DNA of 64,000 nt from Thermoplasmata archaeon (GCA_027314915.1 DAHUZZ010000010.1:3221-67220), one strand, 5' to 3'. Numbered from the stretch's first letter, positions 27,043 through 38,494 are shown. Made by a program: numbers and translations. The notes: generated from the sequence alone by a model not told the origin.

Positions 27043-27999
27043 ATGGCCGAAGCTCCCCGTCCTTGGCTCGCCATCGTGGTCATCCTCGTCCTGATCGCCG
27101 CCGGCGGAGGGCTCTCGGGCTACCTCTGGTACACCCAGCGGCCCCAGGGGCCCACCAGCGTCCTCACCGTCCAGGTGGGGGACAACGTGACGGTGAACTA
27201 CATCGGGACCTTCGGGAGCGGGCCGCAGCTCGGCCGGGTGTTCGACACCTCGGTCTACTCCGTCGCGATCAACGACGGCGCCTGGCCGAAGGGGCTCGAG
27301 TACACGCCCCGGGGCGCGGAAGCCAACTACACGCCCCTGCCGGTGTACGTGGGATCGAACGCCCCGAGCGGCGGGTACTCGCTCGCCAACCAGTCCTTCG
27401 TGAGCGTCGTCACGGGCTTCTGGCAGGGGCTCCTCGGGCTCCCGGGCAACCAGACCCGGACGATCCGGGTGCCCCCCTCGCTCGGCTACGGGCCCTCGAA
27501 CCCGGCCTGCATCGTGGAGCGCCCGATCGTGGAGAACTTCCCGATCCTGCAGACGTTCAGCCGGGTGGGCTTCTCCTCCGCCTACCCGGGCGTGAACCCC
27601 GCCACGGGGGCCACCTTCGCCGACCCCCACTATCCGTGGAACATCCTGATCTACAGCACCAACGCCTCCTCCATCACCACGATGAACCTGGCCCAGGTGG
27701 GCGCGACCACCTCCCCCGGCGGGTGGCCGATCGTGGTCACGAACGTCTCGAGCTCCACGACGGGGAGCGGCACCATCACGGTCCGCAACGAGCTCAACCC
27801 GAACCAGGCCGGGCTGATCCTGGGCTACGACTTCCAGGGCAACGGGCCGTGCCGCACCCAGACCAACGGGAAGTTCATCGTGACCTCGGTCAACGTCGGG
27901 GCGGGCACCTACACCGCCGACTTCAACACCGAGGTGACCGGGCAGACGCTCCTCTTCACGGTGACCCCCGTGAACATCTTCCCGCCGGGCAAGGGCTAG
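27043..27999 (+). CDS. membrane-anchored FKBP-type peptidyl-prolyl cis-trans isomerase
   Basis: ORF track. N-terminal TM anchor, then VQVGDNVTVNYIGTF...GRVFDTS (FKBP signature) with an insert-in-flap region. Confidence 0.8.
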   Translation: MAEAPRPWLAIVVILVLIAAGGGLSGYLWYTQRPQGPTSVLTVQVGDNVTVNYIGTFGSGPQLGRVFDTSVYSVAINDGAWPKGLEYTPRGAEANYTPLPVYVGSNAPSGGYSLANQSFVSVVTGFWQGLLGLPGNQTRTIRVPPSLGYGPSNPACIVERPIVENFPILQTFSRVGFSSAYPGVNPATGATFADPHYPWNILIYSTNASSITTMNLAQVGATTSPGGWPIVVTNVSSSTTGSGTITVRNELNPNQAGLILGYDFQGNGPCRTQTNGKFIVTSVNVGAGTYTADFNTEVTGQTLLFTVTPVNIFPPGKG

Positions 28000-28029
28000 G
28001 CCCCCCGGGGGCGCCGGTCGGGTCGGGGA

Positions 28030-28965
28030 TCACCCGCGGAGGGTGACCTTCCCGTTCTTCATCAGCTGCTCGAACTGCTCGTCGGCGGTCTGGGCCGCGA
28101 CGACGGAGCTCTGGGACTCCCGTCCCCGGTGGCTGTACTCCTGGATCGTGATCCGGGCCTCGCTGCGCCGGGCCCGCGACGCGACGAGCGTGTCCCGGAT
28201 CTCCCGGTCCACCTCGGCGATCTGCCGGTTGACCTCGTCGGCGCGCTTGAACAGCTCGCCCCGGGCCTGCGCCTTCTCCCGGATCTGCGAGATCTCCTGG
28301 CCGACCTCGACGAGCTTCGCCTTCATCGAGCTCATCCGGGCGTCCCGCTCGGCCCGGACCTTGCGCATCTCCTCGCCGAGCGCCTCGAACTCGGCCCGGA
28401 GGGTACGGAACTCCTTCTCCTTCTCCTGGTGCGCCGCCTCGACCTGGGCGCGCTCGCCCTCGAGCTTCTCCGCCGCCTCGAGCTCCTTCCGCAGGGCGCG
28501 GAGCCGGTCGATGAGGGCGTTCTCCTCGGGGAGCTTGAGCGCCTGCGTCTGCTGCGCGAGCTCGAGCGCGGCCATCTCGCGGCGGATCTGGTCGGGACGT
28601 AGGGGGGCGCCGCGGCGCCCTCCGCGCTCGGCGGGCCCGTGGCCCCCGCCCGACGGGGCGGGGCGCGGGCGAGCGGCCGCGAGCGCCGCGTCGAGCTGGC
28701 CGCGGAGCTTCTCCCGGCGGGCCCGGAGCTCGCTGAGCCGGTGCCCCAGGTCCCGGTACTCCAGATGCGCGTCCTCGACCCGGTCGCGGTCCGGGGCCAT
28801 CCGCTCGTGCAGCTCGTGCTGCTCGTCGGAGAGCTGGCGGATCTGCTGGAGGATCATCCCGCGCCGGTCCCGGAGGTCCCAAAGGCGGGACTGCGCGTGG
28901 CGCAGCCGCTCCCGCGACTCCGCCTCGGCGCGCTCATCCTCTTCCGTGAGGTAGCGACCCGGCAC
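28030..28965 (-). CDS. archaeal coiled-coil protein (COG1340-like)
   Basis: ORF track, 311 aa. Heptad-rich E/R/L/A composition throughout. Confidence 0.75.
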   Translation of the reverse strand: MPGRYLTEEDERAEAESRERLRHAQSRLWDLRDRRGMILQQIRQLSDEQHELHERMAPDRDRVEDAHLEYRDLGHRLSELRARREKLRGQLDAALAAARPRPAPSGGGHGPAERGGRRGAPLRPDQIRREMAALELAQQTQALKLPEENALIDRLRALRKELEAAEKLEGERAQVEAAHQEKEKEFRTLRAEFEALGEEMRKVRAERDARMSSMKAKLVEVGQEISQIREKAQARGELFKRADEVNRQIAEVDREIRDTLVASRARRSEARITIQEYSHRGRESQSSVVAAQTADEQFEQLMKNGKVTLRG

Positions 28966-29267
28966 GGCCCCGCGAGGCCGGCGACCGTTCTAATAGATTT
29001 GGGTGTTGAGGCCCCCGTACTTCTCGACGGTAGAATCGCGGAAAGGGGCTTACTTTCCCGGTCACGGCCCGACCGCGTAGGGGGCGCGACGGTCCGGCGC
29101 GCGCCGGGTCGGCGGACGAGGGGCCCCACCTCGCCCGGGGCGGCGCCGGGGGGAGCGCGGGCGGCGCGCCCGCCCCGGAGAAGGCCGGGGGACGCCGTGG
29201 GGGGGGGTCGCGTCGTCGTCCCTCGCGGACGGGCGGACCCGCGGGGCGGCGGTGCCCTGACCTGACC

Positions 29268-30006
29268 TCAGCCGCGGGGGGCCCCGGGGGTGGCCCGCAT
29301 CAGCTGCACGGCGAAGAGGGCCGCCGGAACGCCCGCGTCGATGTTCACGACCGCGATCGGGGCGCAGGACTGCAGCATGGCGTTCAGGGCCGCCTCGCCG
29401 CGTCCCCCGCGCCCGTAGCCCTGGGAGGTGGGGATGCCGAGCACCGGCGCCCGGACGAGCCCCGCCACGACGGTCGGCAGGGCGCCCTCGCGTCCGGCGA
29501 AAACGAGGTACAACCGGGGGTGTCGTCGCTCGATCCCGGGGAGCGCCCGGAGCAGCCGGTGGAGCCCGGCGACGCCCACGTCGTAGGCCGGGAGGACCTC
29601 GACCCCGAGGGCGACGAGCACCTCCCGGGTCTCGTCCGCGACCGACCGGTCCGAGGTCCCCGCGGTGAGGAGCGCGACGGGACCCCGGGCCGCGGGGGGC
29701 TCGAACTCCCCGTCCAGTCGGGCGATCCGGCCGCTCGGCAGGGTCTCGATCGGGAGCCCCCCCGCTCGCGCGCGTGCGAGCGCCCGCCGGTGCGCCGCGG
29801 AGAGCCGGGAGACGAGGACGCCGCGGCCGGCCGCGTGCAGCTCCTCGAGCATCGCCACGAGCACCTCCGGCGGCTTGCCCTCGGCGAGCACGATCTCGGG
29901 CGCCCCGGTCCGGGCGACCCGTCCGAGATCGAACCGCGACAGATCGCCGATCCGGAGCTCGCTCCCGGGACGCGGCCGGGGGGCGCGGCCGCGCCGGACC
30001 GTCATG
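29268..30006 (-). CDS. larB: nickel-pincer cofactor biosynthesis protein LarB (PurE-like carboxylase/hydrolase)
   Basis: C-terminal 246 aa of ORF 29268..31223, from ATG 30006. Sequence GAPEIVLAEGK...VALLTAGTSDRSVADE...GVAGLHRLL...VFAGREGALPTVVAGL...VLGIPTSQGYG. Confidence 0.85.
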
Positions 30007-30031
30007 CATCGGGGTCGAGGGCCGAACGACT

Positions 30032-30037
30032 TATAGC
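30032..30037. promoter_or_regulatory. TTATAG element shared by the divergent larB and acyl-CoA dehydrogenase genes
   Basis: cTTATAGc lies 26-31 nt upstream of the larB ATG (30006, minus strand) and about 40 nt upstream of ATG 30076. Confidence 0.4.
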
Positions 30038-30075
30038 GCGTCCCCCGATGGCCGCGCTCCCCGCGGGGTTTGGGA

Positions 30076-31226
30076 TGCCGGAGTTCGATCTCACGGAAGA
30101 CCAGCGCGCCCTCCAGGAGATGGCCCGGAAGTTCGCGCGGAGCGTCATGGCCCCCCGCGCGGCCGAGTGCGACCGGAAGGGGCTCTTCCCGGAGGACATC
30201 TACCGGAAGGGCTGGGAGCTCGGGCTCATGAACCTGAACGTCCCGAGCGAGTACGGCGGCAGCGGGCTCTCGCTCTTCGACCAGTGCATGATCGTGGAGG
30301 AGCTCGCCTACGGCTGCGGCGGGATGACCACGAGCATCATCGCGAACTGCCTCGCCCTCGAGCCCATCCTGCTCGGCGGCACCGAGGACCAGCGCCGCAG
30401 CGTCCTCACGCCCTTCTGCCGGGAGTACCAGATGGCCTCGTTCTGCCTCACCGAGCCCGGCGGGGGGAGCGACGCCGGCGGGCTCCAGACGCTCGCCCGG
30501 AAGGACGGCGACAGCTACGTCGTCTCGGGCGAGAAGTGCTTCATCACCAACGCCCCCCACGCCAAGCTGTTCACGGTCTTCACCACCGTGGACCCCGCGC
30601 TCCGGCACAAGGGGATCACCGCCTTCTACGTGCCCCGCGACACCGAGGGGATCGTCCCCGGCAAGGACGAGGAGAAGATGGGGCACCGCGCCTCCTCGAC
30701 GAGCACCGTACGGTTCGAGAACGTCCGCATCCCGGTGAGCCAGCGGCTCGGGGCCGAGGGCGACGGCTTCTCGGTGGCGATGCGGACCCTCGACATGACC
30801 CGGACCCCCATCGGCGCCCTCGCGACCGGCATCGGCCAGGCCGCGCTCGATCACGCCGCCGCCTACAGCCTCCAGCGCCGCTCCTTCGGGAAGCCCATCG
30901 GGGAGCACCAGGCGATCCAGATGAAGCTCGCCCGGATGGCGACGCTCCTCCACGCCTCCCGGCTCCTGACCCGGCACGCCGCCCGGCTCATCGACGGGGG
31001 CCAGAACGCGACGCTCGAGTCCTCCATGGCGAAGAGCTTCGCCTCCGATGCGGCGATGGAGGTCACCGACGAGGCGATCCAGATCTTCGGCGGGTACGGC
31101 TACATGAAGGAGTACCCGGTCGAGAAGCTGCACCGGGACGCGAAGCTCACCCAGATCTACGAGGGGTCGAACGAGATCCAGCGGATCGTCATCGCCCGCG
31201 AGCTCCTGAAGAAGTACCAGCACTAG
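30076..31226 (+). CDS. acyl-CoA dehydrogenase
   Basis: In frame in ORF 29520..31226 ([21 protein letters not shown]...). An alternative ATG at 30049 is too close to the TATA element. Typical ACAD motifs throughout, C-terminal end [17 protein letters not shown]. Confidence 0.9.
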
Positions 31227-31240
31227 GGGCGGCGGGCACC

Positions 31241-32032
31241 GTGGAGATCCTGGTCCTCGTCAAGCCGGTCCCCGAATCGGAGAGCCGGCTCCGCCCGTCC
31301 CCGGACGGACGGCAGCTCGATACCGAGGGCGTGAAGTTCGTCCTCGCCGGGTACGACGAGAGCGCGGTCGAGCAGGCGCTGCTCCTCAAGGAGTCGGTGC
31401 CGGGCTCGAAGGTCCGCGCGGTCGCCCTCGGTCCCGCGGCCCGGGCCGAGGAGGTGCTCCGGGCGACGCTCGCCCTCGGCTGCGACGCCGCGACGCTCCT
31501 CGAGGCGCCGCCGGGCCGCGAGCTCGACGGCGCGGAGACGGCCCGCGCCCTCGCGCTCGCCGCGGCGAAGGGCCCGGCGGACCTCATCCTCCTCGGCAAG
31601 CAGTCCGGCGATCAGGAGACCGGGATCCTCCCGACCGCGCTCGCCGCGCGGATCGGCCGGCCCGGCTTCTCGAACGTCCTCGACCTGCGGTGGGACCCCG
31701 GCTCGAACCGGTTCCGTTTCGCGCGCGCGACCGAGGCCGGAGAGGAGCGCTGGGAGGTCCCCGCGCCCCTCGTGGTCGGGCTCCAGCAGGCGTGGAACGA
31801 TCCCCGGACCGCGAAGCTCCAGAACATCCTCAGGTCGCGCAAGCTCCCCATCGACCGGATCCCCGCGGCCGAGGTGGCCGCGGCGCTCGGCCCGGCGCCG
31901 CGCGAGTCGGCCACGAAGTTCCTGCTCCCCCCGCCCCGGACGGGGGCGAAGATGATCGAGTACGGCCGTCCCGAGGAGGCCGCCGAGCAGCTCGTGCGGA
32001 TCCTGCGCGACACGGCCAGGGTGCTGCCGTGA
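31241..32032 (+). CDS. etfB: electron transfer flavoprotein beta subunit
   Basis: Tail of ORF 29774..32032 from GTG 31241 ([17 protein letters not shown]...). Confidence 0.88.
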   Translation: MEILVLVKPVPESESRLRPSPDGRQLDTEGVKFVLAGYDESAVEQALLLKESVPGSKVRAVALGPAARAEEVLRATLALGCDAATLLEAPPGRELDGAETARALALAAAKGPADLILLGKQSGDQETGILPTALAARIGRPGFSNVLDLRWDPGSNRFRFARATEAGEERWEVPAPLVVGLQQAWNDPRTAKLQNILRSRKLPIDRIPAAEVAAALGPAPRESATKFLLPPPRTGAKMIEYGRPEEAAEQLVRILRDTARVLP

Positions 32033-33042
32033 GCCGGGGGGTCCTCGCCGTCGCCGAGAGCGTGGACGGCCACCTGGCCGCATCCGGCCGGGAGGCGGCG
32101 GCCGCCGCCCGGAGCCTGTCGGAGGGCGGGACGGTCACCGGCCTCGTGCTCGGGACCGCGCTCGCGGGCCCGGCGGGCGAGCTTTCCCGCGCCGGGGTCG
32201 ACCGGGTCCTCACGATGGAGGCCCCGGCGCTCGAGGGCCGCCGCGCGCTGCCGTGGGCCGCGGGGATCGCCGCGGCCGCGGCGGCCACTTCGGCGAGCGT
32301 CGTCGTCCTGCCCGGGACCGCCTTCGGACGGGAGCTCGCCGGCGCCGTGGGCTCGCTGTGGGACGCTCCCGCGACCGCCGGGGTCACCGAGATCGTCGGC
32401 TCCGATGCCGAGGGGATCGAGGTCGCGCGACCGGCGTTCGGGGGCCGGGCGACGCAGCGACTCAAGCTCACGGGACCCCGGATCGTGCTCGCGCTCCGGG
32501 CGAACTCCGTCCCGCCCGCCCCGCCGGCCGCGGTACCGGCGCCGATCGAGCCGATCCCGGCCCCCGAGCTCGCGGCGGGGATCCTCGCCGGCGAGCCGGT
32601 GGGCTTCGCCGCGGCGGCCTCCACGGGGGGGCCCGAGCTCACCCAGGCCGCGATCGTGGTCTCGGGCGGGCGCGGCCTCAAGGCCCCCGAGAACTTCGCC
32701 CTCCTCGAGGAGCTCGCCCGGTCGCTCGGGGCGGCCGTGGGCGCCTCGCGCGCGGTGACGGACGCGGGATGGAAACCCTCGTCCTACCAGGTCGGGCAGA
32801 CCGGGAAGTCGGTCGCTCCCCAGCTCTACGTCGCCGTGGGGATCTCCGGGGCGATCCAGCACCTGGTCGGGATGATGAGCTCGCGGGTGATCGTCGCGAT
32901 CAACTCCGACCCGAACGCGCCGATCTTCCGGGTCGCGGACTTCGGGATCGTGGGCGACCTCTTCCAGATCGTGCCCGCGCTGACGGCGGAGATCCGCCGC
33001 GTCCGCGGCCTCGCCGAGCCCGGTCGGTCCCCCGGGGCTTGA
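32029..33042 (+). CDS. etfA: electron transfer flavoprotein alpha subunit
   Basis: In frame in ORF 31690..33042. GTG 32029 overlaps the etfB stop (GTGA). C-terminal FAD domain: VSGGRGL...[29 protein letters not shown]. Confidence 0.88.
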   Translation: MSRGVLAVAESVDGHLAASGREAAAAARSLSEGGTVTGLVLGTALAGPAGELSRAGVDRVLTMEAPALEGRRALPWAAGIAAAAAATSASVVVLPGTAFGRELAGAVGSLWDAPATAGVTEIVGSDAEGIEVARPAFGGRATQRLKLTGPRIVLALRANSVPPAPPAAVPAPIEPIPAPELAAGILAGEPVGFAAAASTGGPELTQAAIVVSGGRGLKAPENFALLEELARSLGAAVGASRAVTDAGWKPSSYQVGQTGKSVAPQLYVAVGISGAIQHLVGMMSSRVIVAINSDPNAPIFRVADFGIVGDLFQIVPALTAEIRRVRGLAEPGRSPGA

Positions 33043-33484
33043 GCTCGAGCCGCATCTCCCGGGTGCGCGCAAAGCCGAGCCGCGCGTACACCGGCCGCCC
33101 GTCGGTCGACGCGTGGAGGAGGACCCGGCCCGCGCCGCCCGCCCGGGCGCGGCGGATCATCGCCCGGACGATCCGGCGCGCGACCCCCCGTCGCCGGAAC
33201 CGCGGCTCGGTGTACATCGCGAAGATGTAGGGGGAGTGCCGCCCCGTGAGGTCCGGGCGCGGGAGCTCCTCGCGCCACCACAGGCAGCCCGAGCCCGCGA
33301 CCTCCGATCCGCGGAACACGAGGAAGGGCTCGATCTCGCCGGAGGCCAGCTTCCTCAAGAGCCACGGGCGGTACGCCGCGTCCGCGGGGGCGAGGAGCCG
33401 CTCGGGCCACGCCCGGAGCTCCGACCACATCGCGTGGCGGTGCCGGACGAGCACCGGAACGTCCTCGAGCGTGCCGGGCCGCAT
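32900..33484 (-). CDS. GNAT-family N-acetyltransferase
   Basis: ORF track. Acetyl-CoA motif [18 protein letters not shown]. The last ~45 aa are an R/G/S-rich tail encoded antisense to the etfA 3' end. Confidence 0.75.
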   Translation of the reverse strand: MRPGTLEDVPVLVRHRHAMWSELRAWPERLLAPADAAYRPWLLRKLASGEIEPFLVFRGSEVAGSGCLWWREELPRPDLTGRHSPYIFAMYTEPRFRRRGVARRIVRAMIRRARAGGAGRVLLHASTDGRPVYARLGFARTREMRLELKPRGTDRARRGRGRGGSPPSARARSGRGRPRSRSPRPGRSARSGRS

Positions 33485-33506
33485 CCACCAGCCGCGCCGT
33501 ACGCGG

Positions 33507-34808
33507 TCAGAAGTAGCGGAGAAGGTCCCACCCCTCCTGGAGGAGCGCGCGGGTCGAGAGCCCGGCGGCGCGCTGCGCGCGCCGGAGGGTGCGACGGAGC
33601 GGTTCCTTGGGGCGCCCCGACTCGGTCATCATGCCGTGGAAGAACTCCGCGGCGAACCGGGGGTACCGGCCGTAGAACTCGGGGTTCCACTTGACCCGGT
33701 CCATGTCGGCGAAGTCCCGGAAGTCGGGCAGCACGTGGGAGGACTCGAGCCGGGCGACGTAGCCGGCGAGCGCGCCCGGGCCCGAGCGGGAGGCGGCCTT
33801 CGCCTCGAGCGCGGTCTCGGCCGCGAGGAGGCCGGTGCGGAGCGCGTAGTTCATGCCCTGGATCACGACCCCGTTCGAGAAGACGAAGCCGGCCGCGTCG
33901 CCGGCGACCATCCAGCCGTCGCCCGCGAACGCCGCGGGCCGGCTCGCCCAGCCCGAGCTGATGAGCTTCGCGCCGTACTCGACGAGCTCGGCGCCCCTGA
34001 GCCGGGAGGCGATCGCCGGGTGGAGCTTGAACTTCTCCATCAGGTCGTGCGACTGGACGTTCTTCCCGAACATCGAACCGAGGTGGAGGATGAGCCCGAC
34101 CGAGAGGGTGTCGCGGTTGGTGTAGAGGAATCCGCCGCCCATGACCCCCGGGGGCAGGGTGCCCGCGACCCACTCCTCCGCGTGGCCCTCCCCGGGCCCC
34201 ACCCCGAACCGGTCCTCGAGGACGCCGGCCTCGAGCCGGTAGACCTCCTTCATGCCGAGCTCGGTCGCGTCCCGGGAGAGCCGCGGGGCGGGCCGGATGG
34301 GGGTGCCGAGCGCGAGCCGGGAATTCGCGCCGTCGCAGAGGATCGTCGCGGGGGCGGTCATCGTCTCGCCGCCCTGGACGACGCCGTGCGCGCGGGACCC
34401 TTCCCAGTGGAGCCGTTCGACGGGGACGCCCGTCACGACGGTCGCCCCGGCCTCTTCCGCCTTCTTCGCGAGCCACGCGTCGGTCCGGACCCGGAGCACC
34501 GAGTGGGCCACGTACGGCGCGCGGGCCCAACGGTGGTCCTGGAAGTCGAAGGAGACCGCGTCGTCCGGGGTCAGCACGCCGAACCGCTTCCGGACGATGT
34601 GCCGCTCGACCGGCATCTCCTCCCACCAGTTCGGGAGGATCTCGTCGAGGTCGTGGCCCCAGAGGATGCCTCCGGAGAGGTTCTTCACGCCGGCCTCGGC
34701 GCCCCGCTCGAGGAGGAGGACGTTCGCCCCGCCGCGGGCCGCCCGGATCGCCGCGGCGCACCCCGCCATGCCCGCGCCGACCACGATCAGGTCGAAGTCG
34801 TCGCCCAT
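33507..34808 (-). CDS. fixC: FAD-dependent oxidoreductase FixC (ETF:quinone oxidoreductase-like)
   Basis: ORF track. FDLIVVGAGMAGCAAAIRAARGG dinucleotide-binding motif; 433 aa. Confidence 0.88.
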   Translation of the reverse strand: MGDDFDLIVVGAGMAGCAAAIRAARGGANVLLLERGAEAGVKNLSGGILWGHDLDEILPNWWEEMPVERHIVRKRFGVLTPDDAVSFDFQDHRWARAPYVAHSVLRVRTDAWLAKKAEEAGATVVTGVPVERLHWEGSRAHGVVQGGETMTAPATILCDGANSRLALGTPIRPAPRLSRDATELGMKEVYRLEAGVLEDRFGVGPGEGHAEEWVAGTLPPGVMGGGFLYTNRDTLSVGLILHLGSMFGKNVQSHDLMEKFKLHPAIASRLRGAELVEYGAKLISSGWASRPAAFAGDGWMVAGDAAGFVFSNGVVIQGMNYALRTGLLAAETALEAKAASRSGPGALAGYVARLESSHVLPDFRDFADMDRVKWNPEFYGRYPRFAAEFFHGMMTESGRPKEPLRRTLRRAQRAAGLSTRALLQEGWDLLRYF

Positions 34809-34869
34809 GGGCGGGCCGTCGCACCGTCCGCCGCGATTTAAGGTTCGGGTCGGGGGCCCGCGGCGGATC

Positions 34870-35508
34870 TCAGCGCTGGCGCGTGTACCGCTGCGCGGCG
34901 GCGTCCACGAGCTTCGAGAACTCCCACGGGTGCGGGATCCCGTGCCACGCCTCGTTCGCGATGGGGTTGTCCCCCTCGGAGGAGATCTTGATCGTGCCGT
35001 AGCGCAGGATCCGCTCGAAGCCGGTCTGGTGGACGTCCACGGCCCGGACCTTGCTCACCGGGACCTCGTCGAAGTCCACGGTGACCACCCCGCGCTGCAG
35101 GATCACCCGGTCGGTCGTGACGGCGTAGGCGGTGCGCCGCCACCGCAGGTAGCGGACCAGGAGCCAGAGGGCCGCGAGGAGCGTGAGCAGGCCGAAGAAG
35201 TAGGCGAAGTAGCGCGGTCCGGCGTCGCCGAACAGGTTCTGGAGCTCGGTCCCGACCCGGCCGAAACCGTCCGTGAGGCCCGGGACCCCCGGCCAGCCGT
35301 GCCGCCAGGACTCGAGCCCGTAGTCCAAGAGGAGCAGGATCACGAGGGCGAACGTGGGGCCCGGGAGATGGTACCATCGCGTGGACCGGGTCTCCCGGAG
35401 CATCGCCTCGCCCGGGGCCATGAAGGAGGCCCGGATGTACCGGGGCCTCGGCTCGGGGGACGCCGGGTTCGGGGGGTACATGGGGTCGCCCGCGGGAGTG
35501 CCCGCCAT
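34870..35508 (-). CDS. membrane protein with bacterial PH (bPH_2/YdbS-like) domain
   Basis: In frame in ORF 34870..35637. Two TM helices, then YAVTTDRVILQRGVVTVDFDEVPVSKVRAVDVHQTGFERILRYGTIKI. Start set to ATG 35508 to avoid the divergent gene. Confidence 0.7.
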   Translation of the reverse strand: MAGTPAGDPMYPPNPASPEPRPRYIRASFMAPGEAMLRETRSTRWYHLPGPTFALVILLLLDYGLESWRHGWPGVPGLTDGFGRVGTELQNLFGDAGPRYFAYFFGLLTLLAALWLLVRYLRWRRTAYAVTTDRVILQRGVVTVDFDEVPVSKVRAVDVHQTGFERILRYGTIKISSEGDNPIANEAWHGIPHPWEFSKLVDAAAQRYTRQR

Positions 35509-35604
35509 CGGCGAAGGCTCAGCGGTGGCGGCGGATAAATGCTCCTTCCGCCGGGAAAACCCGCGGCCCCCGGGCCCAAATACCCCACCGGGTGTCGGCC
35601 GCCC

Positions 35605-36457
35605 GATGGGGGTCACCGACTGCCACGTGCACATCAACCCGCTCTGGGAGATGCTCCCGGAGGTCCGGGCGATGATGGGCTCCCACGGACCCGCGGCCGA
35701 GGCGGAGCAGTACCTGCGCGACCCGCCCCGGTTCCTCGAGTACCTCGACCGTTCCGGCGTCGAGCGGGCGGTCCTCGTGAACTACGTGAGCCCCGAGGTG
35801 ATCGGCTACAGCGAGCGCTCGAACGACTTCGTCCTCGAGTACTGCCGGGCGGACCCGGACCGTCTGGTCGCCGTCGGCGGCGTGCTGCCCGGCCGCCCCG
35901 CGCCGGGGGAGGAGGTGGAGCGGCTCCACGGGCTCGGCCTCCGGGCGATCAAGATCCATCCCCCGCACCAGCTGTTCAGCCCGAACGACTACCTCGGGTC
36001 CCGTCCCGCGCTCCGGGAGATCTACGCCGCGTGCGAGCGGCTCGGGATGCCGGTCATCTTCCACACCGGCACCTCGATCTTCCCCCGCGCCCGCAACCGG
36101 TACGGGCAGCCGATGCTGGTCGAGGACGTCGCGATCGACTTCCCCGACCTCACCATCGTCCTCGCCCACGGCGGCCGTCCGCTCTGGATGAACGAGGCGG
36201 TCTTCCTCGCGCGCCGCTTCCCCCACGTCTACCTCGAGCTCTCGAGCATCCCGCCCACGCGGATCCCGGCCTACTTCCCGAACCTGGAGACGATCGGGGA
36301 GAAGCTCCTCTGGGGCTCCGACTGGCCCGGGCCGGGCGTGCGGGACATCGGGTACAACCTCGAGGCGCTCCGGGCGAGCGGGCTTTCGACCCAGCTCCTC
36401 GACCGGATGCTCCACGAAACCCCCCTCCGGGTGTTCCCCCGGAGGTCCTCGGGCTAG
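35605..36457 (+). CDS. amidohydrolase-family (TIM-barrel metal-dependent hydrolase, PF04909-like)
   Basis: In frame in ORF 35354..36457 from ATG 35605 (MGVTDCHVHINP...IKIHPPHQ...VIFHTG...AHGG...WGSDWP). Confidence 0.8.
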
Positions 36458-36572
36458 GGCGCGACCCACGAACGGCCCCGATCCTCGCCGGCTTCCCCGA
36501 ACCCGCCGGTGGGTCCCGTCGGGGCCCGCGGCGGCCCCCGGACCTCAAATAGGGGGGACCGGTGCGCCGCTC

Positions 36573-37007
36573 GTGGACGAGACACCGCCCGACCGCACGG
36601 GCTCCGCGCCGGGGCCCGCCCCGGCGACGGCACCCGGGCCCGGTCCGGTCACGGAGGTCGTCGAGGGGGGCGAGGAGCTCGGTCGGCTGCCGGTCCCCCG
36701 GCGTCCCCGCGGCGAGATCTTCGCCGTGGCGAGCCAGCTCATGGGCGCGGCCCGGATCCGGGTGATGGGCGAGGATTCGATCGCCCGCATGGGGCGGATC
36801 ACGGGGAAGATGAAGAAGAAGATGTGGATCCGCGAGGGCGACCTCCTCATCATCCGGCCCTGGGGATTCCAGGAGGGCAAGGCGGACATCCTCTTCCGCT
36901 ACAGCCGGACCCAGGCGCAGTACCTCGCGCGGCGCAACGCGCTTCCGCCCTCGGTCAATCTGTTCGGCCCCACGGAAGCCCCTCCCGAGACCCCCGGGAC
37001 CAGCTAG
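36573..37007 (+). CDS. eif1a: translation initiation factor aIF-1A
   Basis: ORF track. S1-like OB core GEIFAVASQLMGAARIRVMGEDSIARMGRITGKMKKKMWIREGDLLIIRPW. TATA-like ctcaaatag about 25 nt upstream. Confidence 0.88.
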   Translation: MDETPPDRTGSAPGPAPATAPGPGPVTEVVEGGEELGRLPVPRRPRGEIFAVASQLMGAARIRVMGEDSIARMGRITGKMKKKMWIREGDLLIIRPWGFQEGKADILFRYSRTQAQYLARRNALPPSVNLFGPTEAPPETPGTS

Positions 37008-37015
37008 GCGGCGCG

Positions 37016-38485
37016 ATGGACGAGCTCCGCCGGTCGGCGGGCGAGATGGCCGTCCTCGAGGCGAACGCCGTGGCCGCGGGCGCGACCCTCGCGGGGCTCA
37101 TGGAGAACGCCGGCCGCGCGGTGGCGGAGGAGGCGCTCCGGCTCCTCCCCGGGAAGGGCGCCCCCGTCGCGATCCTCGCGGGCGCCGGCAACAACGGCGG
37201 CGACGGGACCTGCGCGGCCCACTACCTCGAACAGGGGGGCGCCCGGCCCGAGGTCTGGCTGCCGCGCCCCGGACGGGAGGTCCGTTCGGCGGCCGCCCGC
37301 CGCTGCCTCGACCGGATCGCCCACCGGATCCCCGTCCACGAGGGGGTCCCGGCGGCCGAGGAGCTCCGCCGCTTCCCGCTCCTCCTCGACGCGCTCCTCG
37401 GCACCGGGCAGTCGGGGGCGCCCCGGCCGCCGTACTCCGAGGCGGTGCGGGCGATCACCGCGAGCGGGGTCCCGGTCCTCAGCATCGACGAGCCCACCGG
37501 GCTCGGTTCCGCCGTCGCGGTGCATCCCCGGGCCACCGTCACCTTCACCTCGCTCAAGGAGGGGATGGACGACGCCAACTCCGGCCGCATCGTCCTCCGC
37601 GACATCGGCATCCCCGAGTCGGCGAAGGAGGAGGTCGGGCCGGGGGAGTTCCACCTCTACCCGCTGGCCCCGGCGGACCCGCGGGTCGCCCGGATCCTCG
37701 TCCTCGCCGGGGGCCCGTTCGCGGGCGCAGCGGCGTTGACGGCCCTCGCCGCGCTCCGCGCCGGCGCCGAGCGCGCGACCGTGATCTGCCCGCGGTCGGC
37801 GCTCCACGAGATCCGGGGCTACTCGCCGAACCTCGTGGTCGTCGGCCTCGGGGAGGAGCGCTTCCGGGCCGAGGACGCCCCGGAGATCCTGCGGTTCCTT
37901 TCGGAGAACCGGCACCATGCGCTCGCGACGGGGATGGGCGCCGGCCGGGACCCCGGCACGATCGCCTGCCTCGCCCGCGTGCTCTCCGGGCAGCCGCCGG
38001 ACCGGCCCGCGGTCATCGACGCCGACGGGCTCGAGTCCGCGCTCGAGGCCGCCTCCGGCGTGGACCGGCCCTGGGTCCTCACCCCGAACGCCGGGGAGCT
38101 CCTGCGCCTGACGGGGCTGCCGGAGGGCGCGGACCTCGCCGCGCGACGGGAGGCGGTCCGAAAGCTCGCCCAGCGGCACGGGGTCACCTTCCTCGCCAAG
38201 GGCGACCCGGACCTCCTCGTCGACGGACGCCGGACGCTCGTGAACCGCCACCATGTCACCTCCGCGATGGTCTCGGGGGTGGGGGACGTGCTCTCGGGGG
38301 TCGTGGCGGCGCTCCTCGGCGAGGGGGCGCCTCCGCTCGCCGCGGCCCGGCTCGCCGCCTACTGGGTCGGGGACGCGGGGATCCGGGCGGGCCGGCACCG
38401 GGGCCATGGCACGCTCGCGACGGACGTCCTCGAGGAGCTCCCGCACGCCCTGGTCGAGGGCCGGGCTAGGCTCGCCGGCGCGTGA
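37016..38485 (+). CDS. nnr: bifunctional NAD(P)H-hydrate repair enzyme (epimerase/ADP-dependent dehydratase)
   Basis: In frame in ORF 36509..38485 from ATG 37016. YjeF-N motif AGAGNNGGDG and a C-terminal carbohydrate-kinase-like domain with SGVGDVLSG. Confidence 0.88.
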   Translation: MDELRRSAGEMAVLEANAVAAGATLAGLMENAGRAVAEEALRLLPGKGAPVAILAGAGNNGGDGTCAAHYLEQGGARPEVWLPRPGREVRSAAARRCLDRIAHRIPVHEGVPAAEELRRFPLLLDALLGTGQSGAPRPPYSEAVRAITASGVPVLSIDEPTGLGSAVAVHPRATVTFTSLKEGMDDANSGRIVLRDIGIPESAKEEVGPGEFHLYPLAPADPRVARILVLAGGPFAGAAALTALAALRAGAERATVICPRSALHEIRGYSPNLVVVGLGEERFRAEDAPEILRFLSENRHHALATGMGAGRDPGTIACLARVLSGQPPDRPAVIDADGLESALEAASGVDRPWVLTPNAGELLRLTGLPEGADLAARREAVRKLAQRHGVTFLAKGDPDLLVDGRRTLVNRHHVTSAMVSGVGDVLSGVVAALLGEGAPPLAAARLAAYWVGDAGIRAGRHRGHGTLATDVLEELPHALVEGRARLAGA

Positions 38486-38494
38486 TCCCGCTTC

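Noticed and set aside
32900-33042. A 143-bp convergent overlap between the GNAT gene and the etfA 3' end
   Set aside because: The GNAT fold is complete before the overlap. The overlapping part encodes only an R/G/S-rich tail, because no stop codon occurs antisense to etfA. It is probably a disordered extension rather than a functional antisense arrangement.
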